64,000 nucleotides of DNA from Geosiphon pyriformis uo1 (GCA_016748015.1 JAAOMT010000328.1:698955-762954); one strand, 5' to 3'; counted from the first letter of the stretch, positions 50,959 to 64,000 are shown. The notes: generated by a model from the letters alone, not told the origin. A program made the numbers and translations.

Positions 50959-53900
50959 TCACATGCCATGAACAGGGCAATCACTGAATATTGTCCCATA
51001 TTGATCTTGTAAGATATAAGAACCATTGTTCAAAACTTTGTTGACTAAAAAGAGTCCTTTCCACTGGCTAGAGAATTTATCACCATAGACATTGTCTCTG
51101 TCTGAATAGTATTCCAAAACTAAGTCACCAACACTTAAGGAAAGTGTTTTATAGGTCTTTTTCTTTTTGAGCTTTTCTTGGAACTGTTTTATCTTTTCAA
51201 AGGCAATTATTCGTGCTTCTACTAATGAGTCAAGAATAGTACCAAGTCTTTTTTGCAAAATGTCCTTGTAATCTCCTATTGTTATTTCTTCAAAAGGTAT
51301 TGTTTCTATATTCGTTTCTATTAGTAGAGTTGCCATTTGTCCATAGAGCAGAAAAAAGGGTTCATAACTTGTTATGTCATGATTCACAGTTCTGTAAGCA
51401 AACAAAGCTGAAGGCAATACTTTGTCCCATAGGTTGGTTTCTTCACTGGTTTTGGCTAGGGTTTCACATAGTGTTTTATTGAAATGTTCCACTAGGCCAT
51501 TTGTTTGGGGGTGATAAGAAGAAGAGAGTTTATGACGTATTCCCATTTTTCTGCAAAGTTCTTCAACCAGTGTACTGAGAAAAGCTCTTCCTTTATCAGA
51601 TAAAAGTTCTTTGGGGCAGCCATGGTGACAGATAATATCTTCATAAATGAAATTGGCAATTGAGACTGCTGTTTGATCTGGGGTGGCTCTTGCTTCTACC
51701 CACTTTGTAAAATAGTCGGTAGCTGTGATAATGTATCTGTTGCCATCAGGAGTTACTGTTAAAGGTCCAACAACATCTATACCAATTCTATCAAATGGTT
51801 GACCAACAGAAATTGAATGGATATCTTTCTTGCGATTGAGTTTTTCTCTTCTTTGGCAGGTATTACAGGTTTTGATGTATTCAGTAATGTCTTTTCCCAA
51901 GGTAGGCCAATAATAGCGAGCTAAAGTTTTCTGAATTGTTTTTGTTTTTCCAAAGTGTCCAGCTAATAGATCAGTGTGCATATTGTAGATCACAATTTCT
52001 CTTTCTTCAAATCTAATGACTCTCTGGAAGCAGTTAGGATCTTTTCTATTTCTTTTATATAACTGGTTCTGGTGAATCAAATAGAAATTTGATTGTTTGC
52101 GCAAATGTTCTCTTTACTGTCAAGTATAGTCCGGCGGGTATTGTCCTTTACCCAAAAATTTCATTAAAGCAGAGTAGTTGTCCAAGTCCATTATCGTGTT
52201 TGTTTGCGGGGGAGTTACAAATAATTAAGTTGGTTTGGTTTGAAAGGGTTTTACTATCACTGGATGATAAGTCTGGAGAGAGTGTCGGCATTTTGATAAT
52301 TAGCTCCTTTGCGGTGTTGAATGTTATAGTTGAATTCGTCCAAGTGGAGTATTCAGCGAGTTATCTGTTTATGTTCCAGGTTTCTTTTGTTGCATAGCCA
52401 AACCAAAGCTTGGTGATCTGTTACCACCAAAAATTTTACACCCTTAAGATATTTGTCCCAGTAGCTGGTAGCCCAAACTACTGCTAAGCATTCTTGCTCA
52501 GTGATTGAGTAGTTCTTTTCTGCTGGTGTGAGAGTTCTACTGGCATATGCTACGATGTGTTCTCTGTTATCTTCATCTTTTTGGGAAAGAACAGCACCAA
52601 GTCCATAGCCAGATGCATCAGTGTGGAGGATAAAAGGTCAATCCAAATTAAGTTGCATGAGAATGGGTTCTGTAACCAGTTTTTCCTTCAGAATTTCAAA
52701 TGCTTTTTGTTGATAAGTGCCCCAGTGATAATTGATGTTTTTCCTAAGTAGCTGATTGAGAGGAGCAGCGATTTTGGAGAAATCTTTGACAAACTTGCGA
52801 TAATAAGAGGCCAAACCAAGAAAAGAGCATAGTTCATAAACATTCATTGGTTGTCTAATGTTTTGAACTTTTTCAATTTTGGCTGGATCAGGAAAGATTC
52901 CATCTTTTGTAATAAGATGGCCAAGGAACTGGGTGGATTGATGTCCAAAGAATGATTTGATTGGATTGATCTTGAGGCCAGCATTTCTAAGGAGGTCAAA
53001 AACCTTTTGCAAATGTTCAAGGTGTTTATCCCAGGTTTTTGAGTATACCATTATGTCGTCTAAGTAGACTAGAACAAAGTTTTTTTTTACTGATTCAAAT
53101 ACTTTGTCCATTAAGCGTTGAAAGGTGGGAGGAGCATTTATAAGACCAAAAGGCATGACTGTGAATTCATAGGTATCATACTTAGTAATAAAGGCAGTTT
53201 TCTTTCTGCTTTCTGGATCCATCTCTACTTGCCAGAATTCAGCAGTTAAGTCAATAGTTGAGAAGAAAGCGACATCATGGAATTGGTCTAGCATTGCATC
53301 AATCTTGGGAAGTGGGTACATGTTTTTTTTAGTAATGGCATTTAATTGGCAATAATCAACACAAAAGCATAGAGTTTCTCCTTTCTTGGATACCACTACA
53401 ACTGGGAATGCCCATTCACTCTTGGTTTCCTGTATGAATCCAAGGGTTTTCATTCGGGTTATTTCTTTTTTGATAAACTCATCATTGCACCAGTTGGATT
53501 GATAGAGTTTCAAATGGATGAGGCAGTTTTCTCTGGTAATAATGGTGTGTTGTATCACATGTGTACGTCCAGGAGGTTCACCTTCTTTTGAGATAACTGG
53601 GCTGTTTCTAGCCAACAGGTTTTCAATGTTTACTTTTCTTTCTTCTGGAGAGGGTTCTCTTTGTTCTACAACCAGTGATTGGATTTCAGGTGGTTCGTTT
53701 TCAAAAGACTTTTGGACTTCTTTTATTTCCTCTCGGGGTATCAAGCTGATTGGTTCCCAATCTTTGTAATAGATCAGGCAGGACATGCATTCATCACTAG
53801 GAAAATACAATGGTTTGTTGCACCAGCACCAGGCACAAAGACCATGCCACCAATAATTGTATTTGGCTTTCTGTCAAAGGTTCTTCTGAGCATGTCATAA

Positions 53901-54930
53901 TAAGGCCAGCAGATCAGCTTGCCATTGACAATGATTTTTTTTTTATCTGCCTTGATATTATCCAGTGGTTTGCCATTGTTAGTGAAGATAGTATAGGCGA
54001 GTTCAGCAGTTTCTTCTTGTTCTTCTTGTTTTTCTTCTTCCTCACTTTCTTCATTATCTGATTCATCTGATTCATTTTCTTCTGGGCTCTGCTTGGGTAC
54101 AGGGAGAGTTGTCCAATGACGACACTTAACCACAATGGGTTTCTCACCACATCTGATGGTTAGTTCACAGAGTTCATAATCAAGCAAAGCTTTTGCTTTC
54201 TTGAGCCATTCATTGCCAACAATGATGGTGTATTCTTTTGCTTCAGACACTTCCATATCAGTTTCAATGCTGATGCTATTGATGTGAACAGGAATAGCTT
54301 TGGCTATGCCAAGCCCTTTTTTCTTATCACCATGCACATTGGTCATTGGTTGTGTGGATGGTTCATCAATTTTTCTGCCAATTGCTTTAAAAAAGTGTTT
54401 GACAATAACACTAACAGATGATCCACTGTCTAGGATCAAATCGATGAAGTAGCTAGCCACTTGGGCTTTACAAATTAGAGGAGTGACATTGCTATTGTCA
54501 GCAAGTCCAGCTTGGCGAAGGCGTTTGTTGGTTTTGGGTGTTTTTTTCTTTGGAATCAGGGATTTGTGAAGATCTTTTCTGAATTGTGGATGGGTCATCA
54601 ATTGGCCAAAGGTTATATGTGCTGGGGTTTCCATAAGGTCTTTGACAACAGAATAGGGACCGGATTTTTGTACTATTTTTGGGGGTTCTAACTTTGGAGG
54701 GTTCTTGAAAACTTTGGCTTTTGGGGGCTCATTGTTGTCAGCAGTTGATGTAGAAGCTTTATTGGAGTCTAGAACAAAATCAACTTTGGTTTTCTTCTTC
54801 TTTCTTGTGAATTCAGAGGGGTTAATTGCTAATTCATCCATGTCATGGTCATTATCAGTTAAGTTAAAAGTGTAAAAGGGGTTTTCTTCTGGTTGGCTTG
54901 CACTCTCACCCTTTGGAGGTGCGCCTACCA
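50959..54930 (-). pseudogene. pol of element C (protease, RT, RNase H, integrase)
   Basis: LILDSGS; FCVDY, PFGL.NAP.TFQ, YLDD; LHTDAS; GHFG..YYWP..C..C, IGIDVVGP, SDKG, YHPQTNGLVE. Confidence 0.96.
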
Positions 54931-54937
54931 GTTTAAA
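54895..54937 (-). promoter_or_regulatory. -1 programmed ribosomal frameshift signal (U UUA AAC + stem-loop) at the gag/pol junction of C
   Basis: gag ends CCT TTA AAC TGG TAG. A -1 slip enters the pol frame (LVGAPPKGESASQPEEN...MDEL). Hairpin GGC-GCAC-CTC..GAG-A-GTGC-AA-GCC starts 5 nt downstream. Confidence 0.8.
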
Positions 54938-56135
54938 GGCTGATAAACAGTGGCTTCAACTAGGGGATCCTCTCCAAAGAAATTGATGTTGGCATGATTG
55001 GGTCTTTGGTTGGGCACATTGTTGTTGTTGATCCTGTTGTTCTGAGCATCATTGTTTCTGAGGACTGGTGGAGGCAGTGGAGAATTGTTGCAATCTCTTG
55101 AAAAGTGTCCAGTTAATCCACAGCAATAGCATACAGGTGGGCCATGATTTTGTTGTCTTTGATAAGGTGGTTGCTGGGGCTGATTGAAGTGTGGTTCAAA
55201 TCTGGGTCTTTGTGGTTGCTGATTTTCTCTGACTGCTTGGGCTAAGGGTTCTAATAACCGAGCAAGATTTGCTATGAGTCTGTCTATTAACTGTTTATTT
55301 GGATCTTGAGTGTAAGTGGCAAAAGAAGTAGCAGCCATTTGAAAGGCAGGAGCCATGACAGGAACAGGAGCAAAAACTGGTAGTGTGGATTCCAAGTGCA
55401 TCCTTTGGTTATCTTCAATTCTTTGTGCTAATTCAATGGCCATATCTATGGTGGGATTATCTTTCAAGGCCAAGAGGGGCCAAAGAGCATACAATAGATC
55501 AGTTCTCAATCCTTTTGTGAAGGAGTGAATTTTCTGCTCTTCTGTCCAATTTCTTCCAGTGTCTACTCATTTGATTAACTTTCTGATTGCTTTGGCGTAT
55601 TCAGTTACAACTTTACTGGGACCTTGGGTTCTTCTTTCCAATTTCATACACCATTTTGAGATTAATATTGGGGTTCTGAACTTGTTTTCAAACCGGGTAG
55701 TGAAAGAAGTATTGATTTCTCCCACATTTGCTGGTATCCATTTAATGATTCTTTGCTGGGTGTTGGCATCTGTTTCTTGTGAGAACCAGGTAGCAGGGGA
55801 TCCTTGAAGGTAGCCACCAACAATTTGGAACTTGTACTCATCGTCATATTGATTGGCTGTAGCAGCTCTTTCAAAGTCATCCAACTATTCAATTGGATCT
55901 TGTGCATCACCTCTAAATAATGGTATTGGGGTGTTGTTTCTTCACCCTAGAGCAGTTTGTATACCTTGGAGGGCGGCCAGAATGTTTGCTTACATGGGGT
56001 CATTAGCCATTGGTTCAGGGGTAACTGTTTGTGTAGACGAGTCTGATTTGCTTGATAAAAGATCAAAAACAGGGGCAGTTTGGTAGCTTTCTTCTTCTGT
56101 TTCAAAGGGAGTTTTAGTTGCTTGATGGACAGCAA
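54925..56135 (-). pseudogene. gag of element C
   Basis: Capsid-like DFERAATANQY..YLQGSPATWF and knuckle CYCCGLTGHFSRDC. Confidence 0.92.
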
Positions 56136-56285
56136 TCCAAATGTGGATTTGATGATTCAGATATTCAAAATCAGAGGGCTGTTGTTCAAAGGTTGCAGAA
56201 TATAAGAGCTGATTAATACTGTTGTTTCTTTCTTCAAAGTTGTCTTCAAAATAAGCTTGATCAAAGCAATAAGTTGTATAGGCTG

Positions 56286-56304
56286 CTGTCTCTTATACAC
56301 ATCT
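56286..56304 (+). other. Nextera/Tn5 mosaic-end adapter (assembly artefact)
   Basis: Exact 19-mer CTGTCTCTTATACACATCT, translating as DVYKRQ on the minus strand. Sits where the U5 end and PBS of element C are missing. Confidence 0.97.
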
Positions 56305-56909
56305 AGGAAATTACAATAAGGGAGCGAATTGAATAAGTAGGAATTCAATATGTGTGATCAGTCTCATAAAAATCACAGTTGCTAATCTTTTCTTAAATCT
56401 GAAGGTAGAGGAATAGTCTGTGATTGTCAACAAGATAACATCACTGCTATTATTCTATGCCTCAACTCGGCAATTCTTAGAATCAATAACAGGTATCATT
56501 GTACTTTTCAATTGTTTCTTTATTCAATGAATTACAAGAGCAAGCCAATTGCTTCTCAGGCTAATTCTAACAAATACAAATCAAGAAAAGGAAAAGATAA
56601 GATATGTGAATGCTGACAAGTAGATACTTGAAGGTAAGGAAAGAGGAATAAGCGATTATGAGAGAAAATAATTGATATTGTTTTATTTCGTTATTTTGAT
56701 CATGTCTTTCTACAGCTAAGGGAATCATTGCTTATATAGCTATCTAAAGTGGTCAATGACCAGGTCAATGATCAGGTCAATGATCAGGTCAATGGTCAGG
56801 TCATTGATCAGGTCAACAATCACTATCTAAAAATAGGGTGGCTAATTATATGATATCAGTGGCTAATACATGTGATAATTAATAAAAACTATGTGTTTCA
56901 ACCATAACA
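56305..56909 (-). repeat. 5' LTR of element C (U5 end missing)
   Basis: Matches 49608-50211. The first ~75 bp of the other LTR copy are absent. Confidence 0.92.
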
Positions 56910-59900
56910 TTATAATTTCTAATTTTTATAAGTAATATTGGTTTTTTAATCATCTGTTATAGTTTTCTATTAAATTAAAAATCAGTTTAGTTAACAATTT
57001 TTTGACTAGTATAATAAAAGTCTTTTTGAATTATAATATATTTTTTGTTAATAATTTACTCTTTAATTTTGCTTTTCTAATAATACTCTGATGTTTTTTG
57101 TTTTAGAAAGTTCAGTTTTTTATGATATTTTCTACTTACTTAAAAAGTTTGGTATTGTTTTTGTTTAATAATTGTACAATAAAAAAAATTAATTTTTAAT
57201 TAAAAGAGTTTTTATTATTGAAAAAAGCTTAATTCTAAAGATTTAATTTTTATATGGTTTAAGTTAACATGTAATTATTTAGTTATTATTGTTTTTTATC
57301 TTGTTAATCAGTTACTCATTAATAGTTCACAATTTTTAAATATTTTTGATTCCAGTTATTTTGCTGCAATAAAAAAAAGTCTTTTTAATGCCAGTTTAAA
57401 GATCATTAATGTTTAGACAGATGTGTTTTTGAAAAGTTTGAAAACACATAACATAAAATACAACATAACTGTATTTTTTGTTAACTTAAATTTAAGTAAT
57501 TAGTAGGTTGGTTTTTTCTATATTAGTAAAATTACAAACAATTGTTTTGGTCTTGAAATGTATTTTTTTTTCTAATATTGTTGTGGTATATTCAGATAGT
57601 TAGACTGCTTTAAATACTTATACTGTAGAATTGAATATGGTTTTGCTAAACTTTTGCAACTATTATTGATTAAAGAGTCATTGTATTATAAAATCTATTA
57701 GATATAAAAACTTTGATGTTTTTTAGTTTAAAATAAAGAACTATTTAGATATTTTGGATAATAAATATACTAATGAACTAGCTAATATAGCTTTATATTC
57801 AAAATTAGTACTTTTTATTTTGATTAAAAAAAAAGCATATTAAAACTGATAGTGTGTTGGTATTTGAAAATACTTATTATTTTATTTATAAAATTTTTAA
57901 AATTATTTGTTATACTTATTAAAAGATTGGGCTTGGGTCTGGTGTTATTAATAAAAGCATAATTAAAGACATAAATTGGATTTGAATATTATTAATTTGG
58001 CATCTTGAATTATACATAACTTTTGGTTTTACAAACAGATCTACTACTAGTTTGTATTGTATTTTATAAAGATATTATATCATTATTTGCTTATTATTAT
58101 TTGTAAGCATTTGTATAATAAAAAATATTCTAATATATTGTGTTTTTATTGTAAAAAAATAGAACTTTTTGATTATTTTTTCATAAATAAAATGAATTCT
58201 GTTGTTTGCAAAGAATTGCTAAGATTAAATTTAATTTAGTGGAGCTTTTTGTCTGATTTGAGCTTGTTGTTATCTTGTGTTTTACAAATGCTTTCTTTAT
58301 ATACATCTGATAATATTGTCTATACTGTTTTATATAAAAGTGTTGTGTTTAAGAAGTAGTATTTAAAGATTATATTTATTTTTGGTTGTATCAAGACTGT
58401 GATTAAAAAGATTATTAATTTTATGTAAAATTTAGAAATAATTTATTATATTAAGATATAGTTGGTAAGTTTTAAATAAAAGACAATTATAAAAAAAATA
58501 GTTTAATTGTACAAGATAGTTTTGTTTCTTTGATAATCTATAATTTACTGTTTTTGCTTTCTGATAGTATTGTTAAGTTGCTTAAAATTGTAAAAGCATA
58601 TAGTATTTGTTTTGGTTTACATAAGCTTTATATTTTTTTTAATATTAATAGTATAATTTTTGTTAAAATAGATTTGTAATATTGTTTTAATTGGTTTAAA
58701 TAATTAATTATATCTAAATAGTATGTAATTTATATCTAATTTAGATTATTTAGTTTAATATATTATGCTAGATAACATTTAAGTTTTACTTGTAAAATAA
58801 ATAAAAAATAATAATAATAATAATTAAATTAAATTTAAATATTTAATAAAACATAAATAAATTTTTTTGGAAACCAATAATAAATTTTTTTTTGGTTAAA
58901 TAATAGGTTTTATATATGGCTAAAATAAATTGTTAGATATAAAACCATAATATAAAATATATTATATATTAAATAAATCATTTTAACAAAAAGTATAAAT
59001 TAATTTGATTTTTTTAAAACTTTTAAACTTAAAAAAAAGAAGATTGCTTATTTATAAGAATTATTTATTTATAAAACTATATAATAAACTTATAATTTTA
59101 AATAATAATACTATTTATAAAACATAATAAAAAAATAAAATATTGGTTTATTAATTTTATAATACTAATATTAATTATAATATATGATTTTATTTTAATT
59201 ATAAATAATTATTCTTTTTTATTTTAAATAATAATAATAATAAAACTTGTTAAATTTAATTTATATTAGTTTTTAGCTCTATTATTTAATATAAATAATT
59301 TTAATTATTAATTATTAATTGTAAAAACAAAACAAAACAAAATATATTTTAATATATAATTTTAATTAATTATGTTATTAAATTAACTAATTACAAAAAT
59401 AAAATTAAAACTTTTTTGTTTTTTAAAAATATAATTGGTTTTAATATCATTTATAATTATTATTATTAAAAATATTTTAAGTAAATAGTTTTTTATTTTA
59501 ATGTTAAAATTAAAATAATTTATATTAATAATTTTTATATAATTTTATTAATATAAAATTATTTTAATTTTAATAATATTAGATTTTTTTACATAAAATT
59601 ATATTTTAAATCTTTTTAAATAAGATTATAAAATTTATTATAGTATTCAAATCTGTTTTTGCTTTTATTGTTATGATTTTTTAAAATTTTTGATTAAGTT
59701 TTTAATATTAAATAAAATTTTATTAATATATAAAAATAATATTATAACTTTTAAAACTGTTTTTGCTTATTAATTAATTTGATAAAAAAAATATACTTAG
59801 AATTTTTTTATTTTTTAACCAAAAAAAAGCAATTGTTTTTTATATAATTATATAGTTTTTAAAATTAATAAAACATTTATTTAAGTAAATAATAGGTTTT

Positions 59901-61225
59901 AAATATTTTATATTTAATTATTATTAAAAATGTGTTATCATTATTTTTAAGTTCAAAAATAACAAATAATTTTTTTTTCAAGTTTAAAAATAATATAAAT
60001 ATTGTTATTATTAAAATTAATATATTAAAAAAAGCTAAATTTAATAAAATATTAATATTATTATAAATTTAAAATTTAAAATATTTTGTTTTAATTATAA
60101 AATTGGTTTTTTAGTTTATTTAAATTTGTTTTTAGATTTTTAAAAATGCTATAAACTATTTATTGGTTTTAAATTAGCTTTTTAAAAACCATAAAAATTA
60201 TTTAGTTTAATAAATTTTATAGCTAAGTTTATTAGTTTTTTGATTGTTTCAATTATTTTTTTTCTTAACTGTTGAAAATAATTCTGTTATAAAGCCAAAT
60301 TAATATTAAAAATTAAAATTAAATTTTGGTTAAATATTTATTAATATATTTATTAATATATTTAAAAAAAAATTAAAATTTTTTTAATAATTTAAAATCT
60401 AATTATATAAGCTTTTTGTATATAAAAGCCAAAAATTAATTTTTTAAAGTTAATTAATTTTAATAACTTTTTCTTTATTTGTATATTTTACAATCATAAA
60501 TTTTGTATTATAAAGCTTTAGTTAAAAAAAAATTTAAAAAATTATTATAATTACTGTTTTAATTTTTTATATTTAATATTATGAGTTTTTTCTTAAACTA
60601 TTATAAATATTATTTGTATCAAATTAAAAAAAAATATTAAAAAAATATTTCAAGTTAAGTGTTTTTAGTTTAAGTATTTGATACAAAATTGGTTATTTAA
60701 TATATAAATAAAAAAAATTACAAAACTTAATATTAATTAAATTTTGAATTTCTTGATAAAAAAGTAATTATATATATAAATATTAAAATATATGCATAAC
60801 TTTAATTATTATTATTATGTTTATTTATTAAATTTTAAAATTTAACATGACTAAATGTATTAATTTAAAAAATTTTACTTAAAAACTTTTTTAATATTTT
60901 TATTTAAATATAATTAATTTTAATGATTTCATATATTGAAGAATTTTTATTGTGCTTAATTTTGAGCTTAATCTGTTAAACCTAAAATATATATTTTAAT
61001 GGTTTATAAATTACAATAAGTTGAATAATATACAAAAATTTTTAATTTATTTCATAATAGTTATATTATAACCTATAATGTGATTGTCCCTTAATTTGCG
61101 CCACAGATCTAGTGAATTAACTTTACCACTGTGACAAGCCTTAAAGAGGGAATAATTTTACTCAAATTTTCACTTCCTTTATTCTGTCCTTCAATTTCGT
61201 GCTCTTATACGTCCGCCCTATAACA

Positions 61226-62550
61226 ATGTCTGATCTCGAAACTAGGCCTGAAGTCACGGGCTCCTTAAAAGGGGGCGACGAAGAAAAGGTTTTGAGCAAT
61301 TTTCGCGCTCGTTGCAAGGCTTGATCTGTTAAAATAGTGCCCAATCAATGTTTTTGAATGTTCAAGAAAATGTTTCGGCCAAAATTTTTTTGATACATCT
61401 TAAGAAGCTAGAAAATTATCCCGATCATTCACAGCAAATAGTTTAATAGTATTTGATGGTTTTTTATTTTCGGACTTTTGGCAGCACGATATTCAACTTG
61501 TTTAAAAATCACAAAATTCTTCCAGTAATATATTCCAACTTGTGATTCACCTGCAGGATGAAGTTGTAGACTCTGTTGATGTTGAATTTGAGCCTGTGAT
61601 CAAATTGGAGGAGGTTGAAGTTAAAACACTTGAGGAAGATGAGGAACCACTATTTAAGATGTGAGTGTGATAGTCTGGTCATTATCAACTATCTTCAATC
61701 GTGGTGTTATTATTTGATATAAGAAATTCCAAAAAAATTTACCCATGCGGTTCTTTGATGTCGGAAGTGGGAAAAAAATATTATATTTTTGACAACAGCA
61801 TTTCACTTGCAGTTCTAATGATTTTATAAAGAATGCAGGTTCGCTAATCTGTTGGAGATTGATCGAAGAATTTTCCGTAAAGGATTTATAACCCAGATCT
61901 TTTTACTCTACGAGTCTTCAAACACTTTGGACATTCAATTCAATTTTTTTTTTTACTTTTATCGATTTCGATTATTGGGATTAGGCGAGCCAAATTGTTT
62001 AGATTCGACAAACCATTGAAGGAGTGGAAAGAACGTGGAACCGGTGAAGTTCGCTTCTTGCAACATAAACAAACCAAAAAAATTCGCTTGTTGATGCGAC
62101 GTGATAAAACTCACAAAGTCTGCGCCAATCACTACAGTAAATATGACTTTTTTTTTACACCAACTTCTTAATATATTAATTAGTATTGTGGTTTAATCTG
62201 ACCTGATTTTTGTTTATAGTTACGCCTGAGATGCAACTCTCCCCTAATGTCGGATCTGATCGTTCCTGGGTGTGGAATGTAACCGCGGATGTGTCGGATG
62301 GTGAGCCGAAAGCCGAAACTTTAGCCATCCGTTTTGCTAACACTGAGAGTGAGTTCACTGTAAATTACTTCCTTCAGCCAACATTATCATCCAGTCTAAT
62401 CTTTTTACATTGAACCGATCAGATGCAAATCTCTTCAAAGAGAAGTTCGCCGAAATTCAAAAATTAAACGTGGAACGTTCAAAGAAAAATGAGGATAGAG
62501 GCAATGAGGAACCAGAAGAAACACCGGAAGTCGAGAAGAAATCGCAATGA
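61226..62550 (+). CDS. YRB1: Ran-binding protein 1 (RanBD). Exons 61226-61288, 61557-61660, 61985-62136, 62220-62348, 62423-62550
   Basis: Spliced translation [73 protein letters not shown] introns. Confidence 0.95.
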
Positions 62551-62905
62551 GATAGTTTTGGTTCTATTCTTTACCCCTGGGTTACTGATTGTATTTGCTT
62601 TTACCCTAAGTCTCTATATTTATCCTCACCTACTTTTTTTTATTAGAAGCCAATGATTTCGCAGTTTGTAAATTGGGACCTTCTATATTCTAATTTTAGT
62701 TCATTTAAAAGTGTGCTTATATGTGATAAGTCATTAAAATAGTTCTGACACCAAATCTCATTTTATTTTCTCTGGTTTATATTGATCCTAACTAATTCAG
62801 GCGGAATAGTAATTTCCACCGATTTCTAGACTGAATCAGGCCAATGGAACCTGGACACTAACCACTAAAGACTATGATAAATAAGTAGGCTTCGAGAAAA
62901 TTTAT

Positions 62906-64000
62906 CTAGACATTCTTTCGAAAGACTTGATCCCATTTATGAGCAATATAATCCCCAAAAGATTTACTGCCAAGGTCGCACATCGTGTCTGCATTTGGCG
63001 TTTGACGTATTGGTTTGTTGGCAACCTGGTCACCATCCATCGTCAATGTTTGATTTTGGAAAATACTCAAATCACGTAATTCGCTATCATCACTAAGGGT
63101 GTTTTGAACAAACGGAATATGAGAATCATATTTTGGATAATAAAAAAAAACCATCGAATATCTTTCGTTAATTCCATCACTTATAACCCGATGCAATGGA
63201 GACTTGTAGAGCCCACGAGTCAAAAGAGAAAGATAGTCGCCACAATTTACGACTATGTGGCCTGGCTTGCTAGGCACATCACGCCACTCGTTATCATAAA
63301 AAAGCTGAAGACCCGTAATTTTGTCAGGTTGCAGCAAAAGGGTCAGAAAGCCCCAATCTAATTGTTATTTTCAGGTCAATTCTATGGCTTAATTTCTGTG
63401 ATCTGTATTATGGGAATTTGATTGCAAACCAACCTGTATGAGGGGAACTTCCAATAAACTCTGGTTTTGATTCATTTGAATATGGGAAGTAGCGGAAAAA
63501 TCTCATCAATGAAATATTCTCACCCCCGACACAATACTTCTGTAATTCTATTTGTAGCGCCAACTCTAAACCTTTTACCAACAGTTCAGCTAAAGAAACC
63601 ATTTCTGAAAAGAATTTATTTAAGCTTTTTCGCCACTCAGTCCCAAGAGATTCTTCCAACTTTCCCCATTCATTTGGGCCTTCTAAGGGATTTGAAGGTA
63701 TCATGAGTGGGTCCCACTCATAACCATAGGAAAAGGCTTCCTTGAACTCAAAACGATAAGAGCCAGATTCAGCGCCTACACCTATGTATCCACGAGTGAA
63801 GCCACCGGATTTTACGGGTATACTACACTTGATAGAATCTGATAAGTTGAAGAACTCTCGCGCACGCTTTAGAATGTTTAGCTCTGCTTCACGATCGAAG
63901 AAAGAAGTGATATAGAAAGCACCATATTGCGTACAGGCGCTATGAATTTGAGCTGCAAGTTCCGAAAGCAAATATGAATCAGGTTGTCCCACAAATAACA
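62906..64000 (-). CDS. 2-oxoglutarate/Fe(II)-dependent dioxygenase (IPNS/plant DIOX-like), 5' end outside the window; intron 63358-63433
   Basis: AC..YGAFYI, RGY, EFKEAF, HTDWGFLTLL across the intron (HxD), VVNCGDYL, HRV, RYS motifs. Confidence 0.92.

Larger units (their letters stand above)
49533..56909 (-). mobile_element. Gypsy element C (gag, -1 frameshift, PR-RT-RNaseH-INT, ORF3; no dUTPase); least decayed LTR element here
   Basis: LTRs 49533-50211 and 56305-56909 (partial). Exact TSD TTAT (49529-49532, 56910-56913). PPT GGAGAGGATGA at 50212-50222. Confidence 0.95.
48699..56937 (-). repeat. Solo LTR of family A (48699-49532 + 56914-56937) split by element C
   Basis: Starts TATTACAAGTGATTATTT like 18503. 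Terminal ~24 bp (..ATAAGTAATA) resumes after element C. Flanks TTAA/TTGG. Confidence 0.8.
43140..58822 (+). mobile_element. Heavily eroded LINE interrupted by two solo LTRs and Gypsy element C
   Basis: ORF1 remnants ~43230-45095. ORF2 remnants (LILGLY, SGDFNED at 45420-45560) continue across insertions at 46054-46730 and 48699-56937. 3' UTR and tail at ~58680-58822. Confidence 0.82.

Noticed and set aside
56157-56348. 63-aa ORF containing DVYKRQ; possible real Tn5/IS50 insertion
   Set aside because: Spans the synthetic mosaic-end adapter; no transposase and no second end.
58830-61080. AT-rich tract as centromere or organellar insertion
   Set aside because: No satellite unit or organellar gene remnant is visible; composition alone is not evidence.

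Overview
AT-rich eukaryotic genomic DNA, most likely from a Glomeromycotina fungus. The TE proteins resemble, from memory, those of Geosiphon pyriformis; this is not verified. About 85-90% of the window is decayed transposable elements or near-GC-free sequence. Three Ty3/Gypsy LTR families (here A, B, C) are nested in each other and in RNase H-bearing LINEs, all with 4-bp target-site duplications. There are also solo LTRs, four LINE copies of differing age, and an ORF1-only element that shares the LINE 3' tail. Three host genes are recognisable: a Sel1-repeat/protein kinase gene (24021-27514, -), RanBP1/YRB1 (61226-62550, +) and a 5'-truncated 2OG-Fe(II) dioxygenase (62906 to beyond 64000, -). 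Highlights: (i) a conserved non-env accessory ORF3 in all three Gypsy families, which in B and C reads through the PPT into the 3' LTR, next to family-specific U3 tandem arrays; (ii) a multi-zinc-finger domain plus dUTPase between protease and RT; (iii) a HAL1/HeT-A-like ORF1-only non-autonomous LINE; (iv) a kinase with ten near-identical 108-bp Sel1 repeats that vary mainly at three positions; (v) pervasive C>T/G>A erosion of TEs in CpG and non-CpG contexts that spares host genes; (vi) a Nextera/Tn5 adapter at 56286-56304, which is an assembly artefact.
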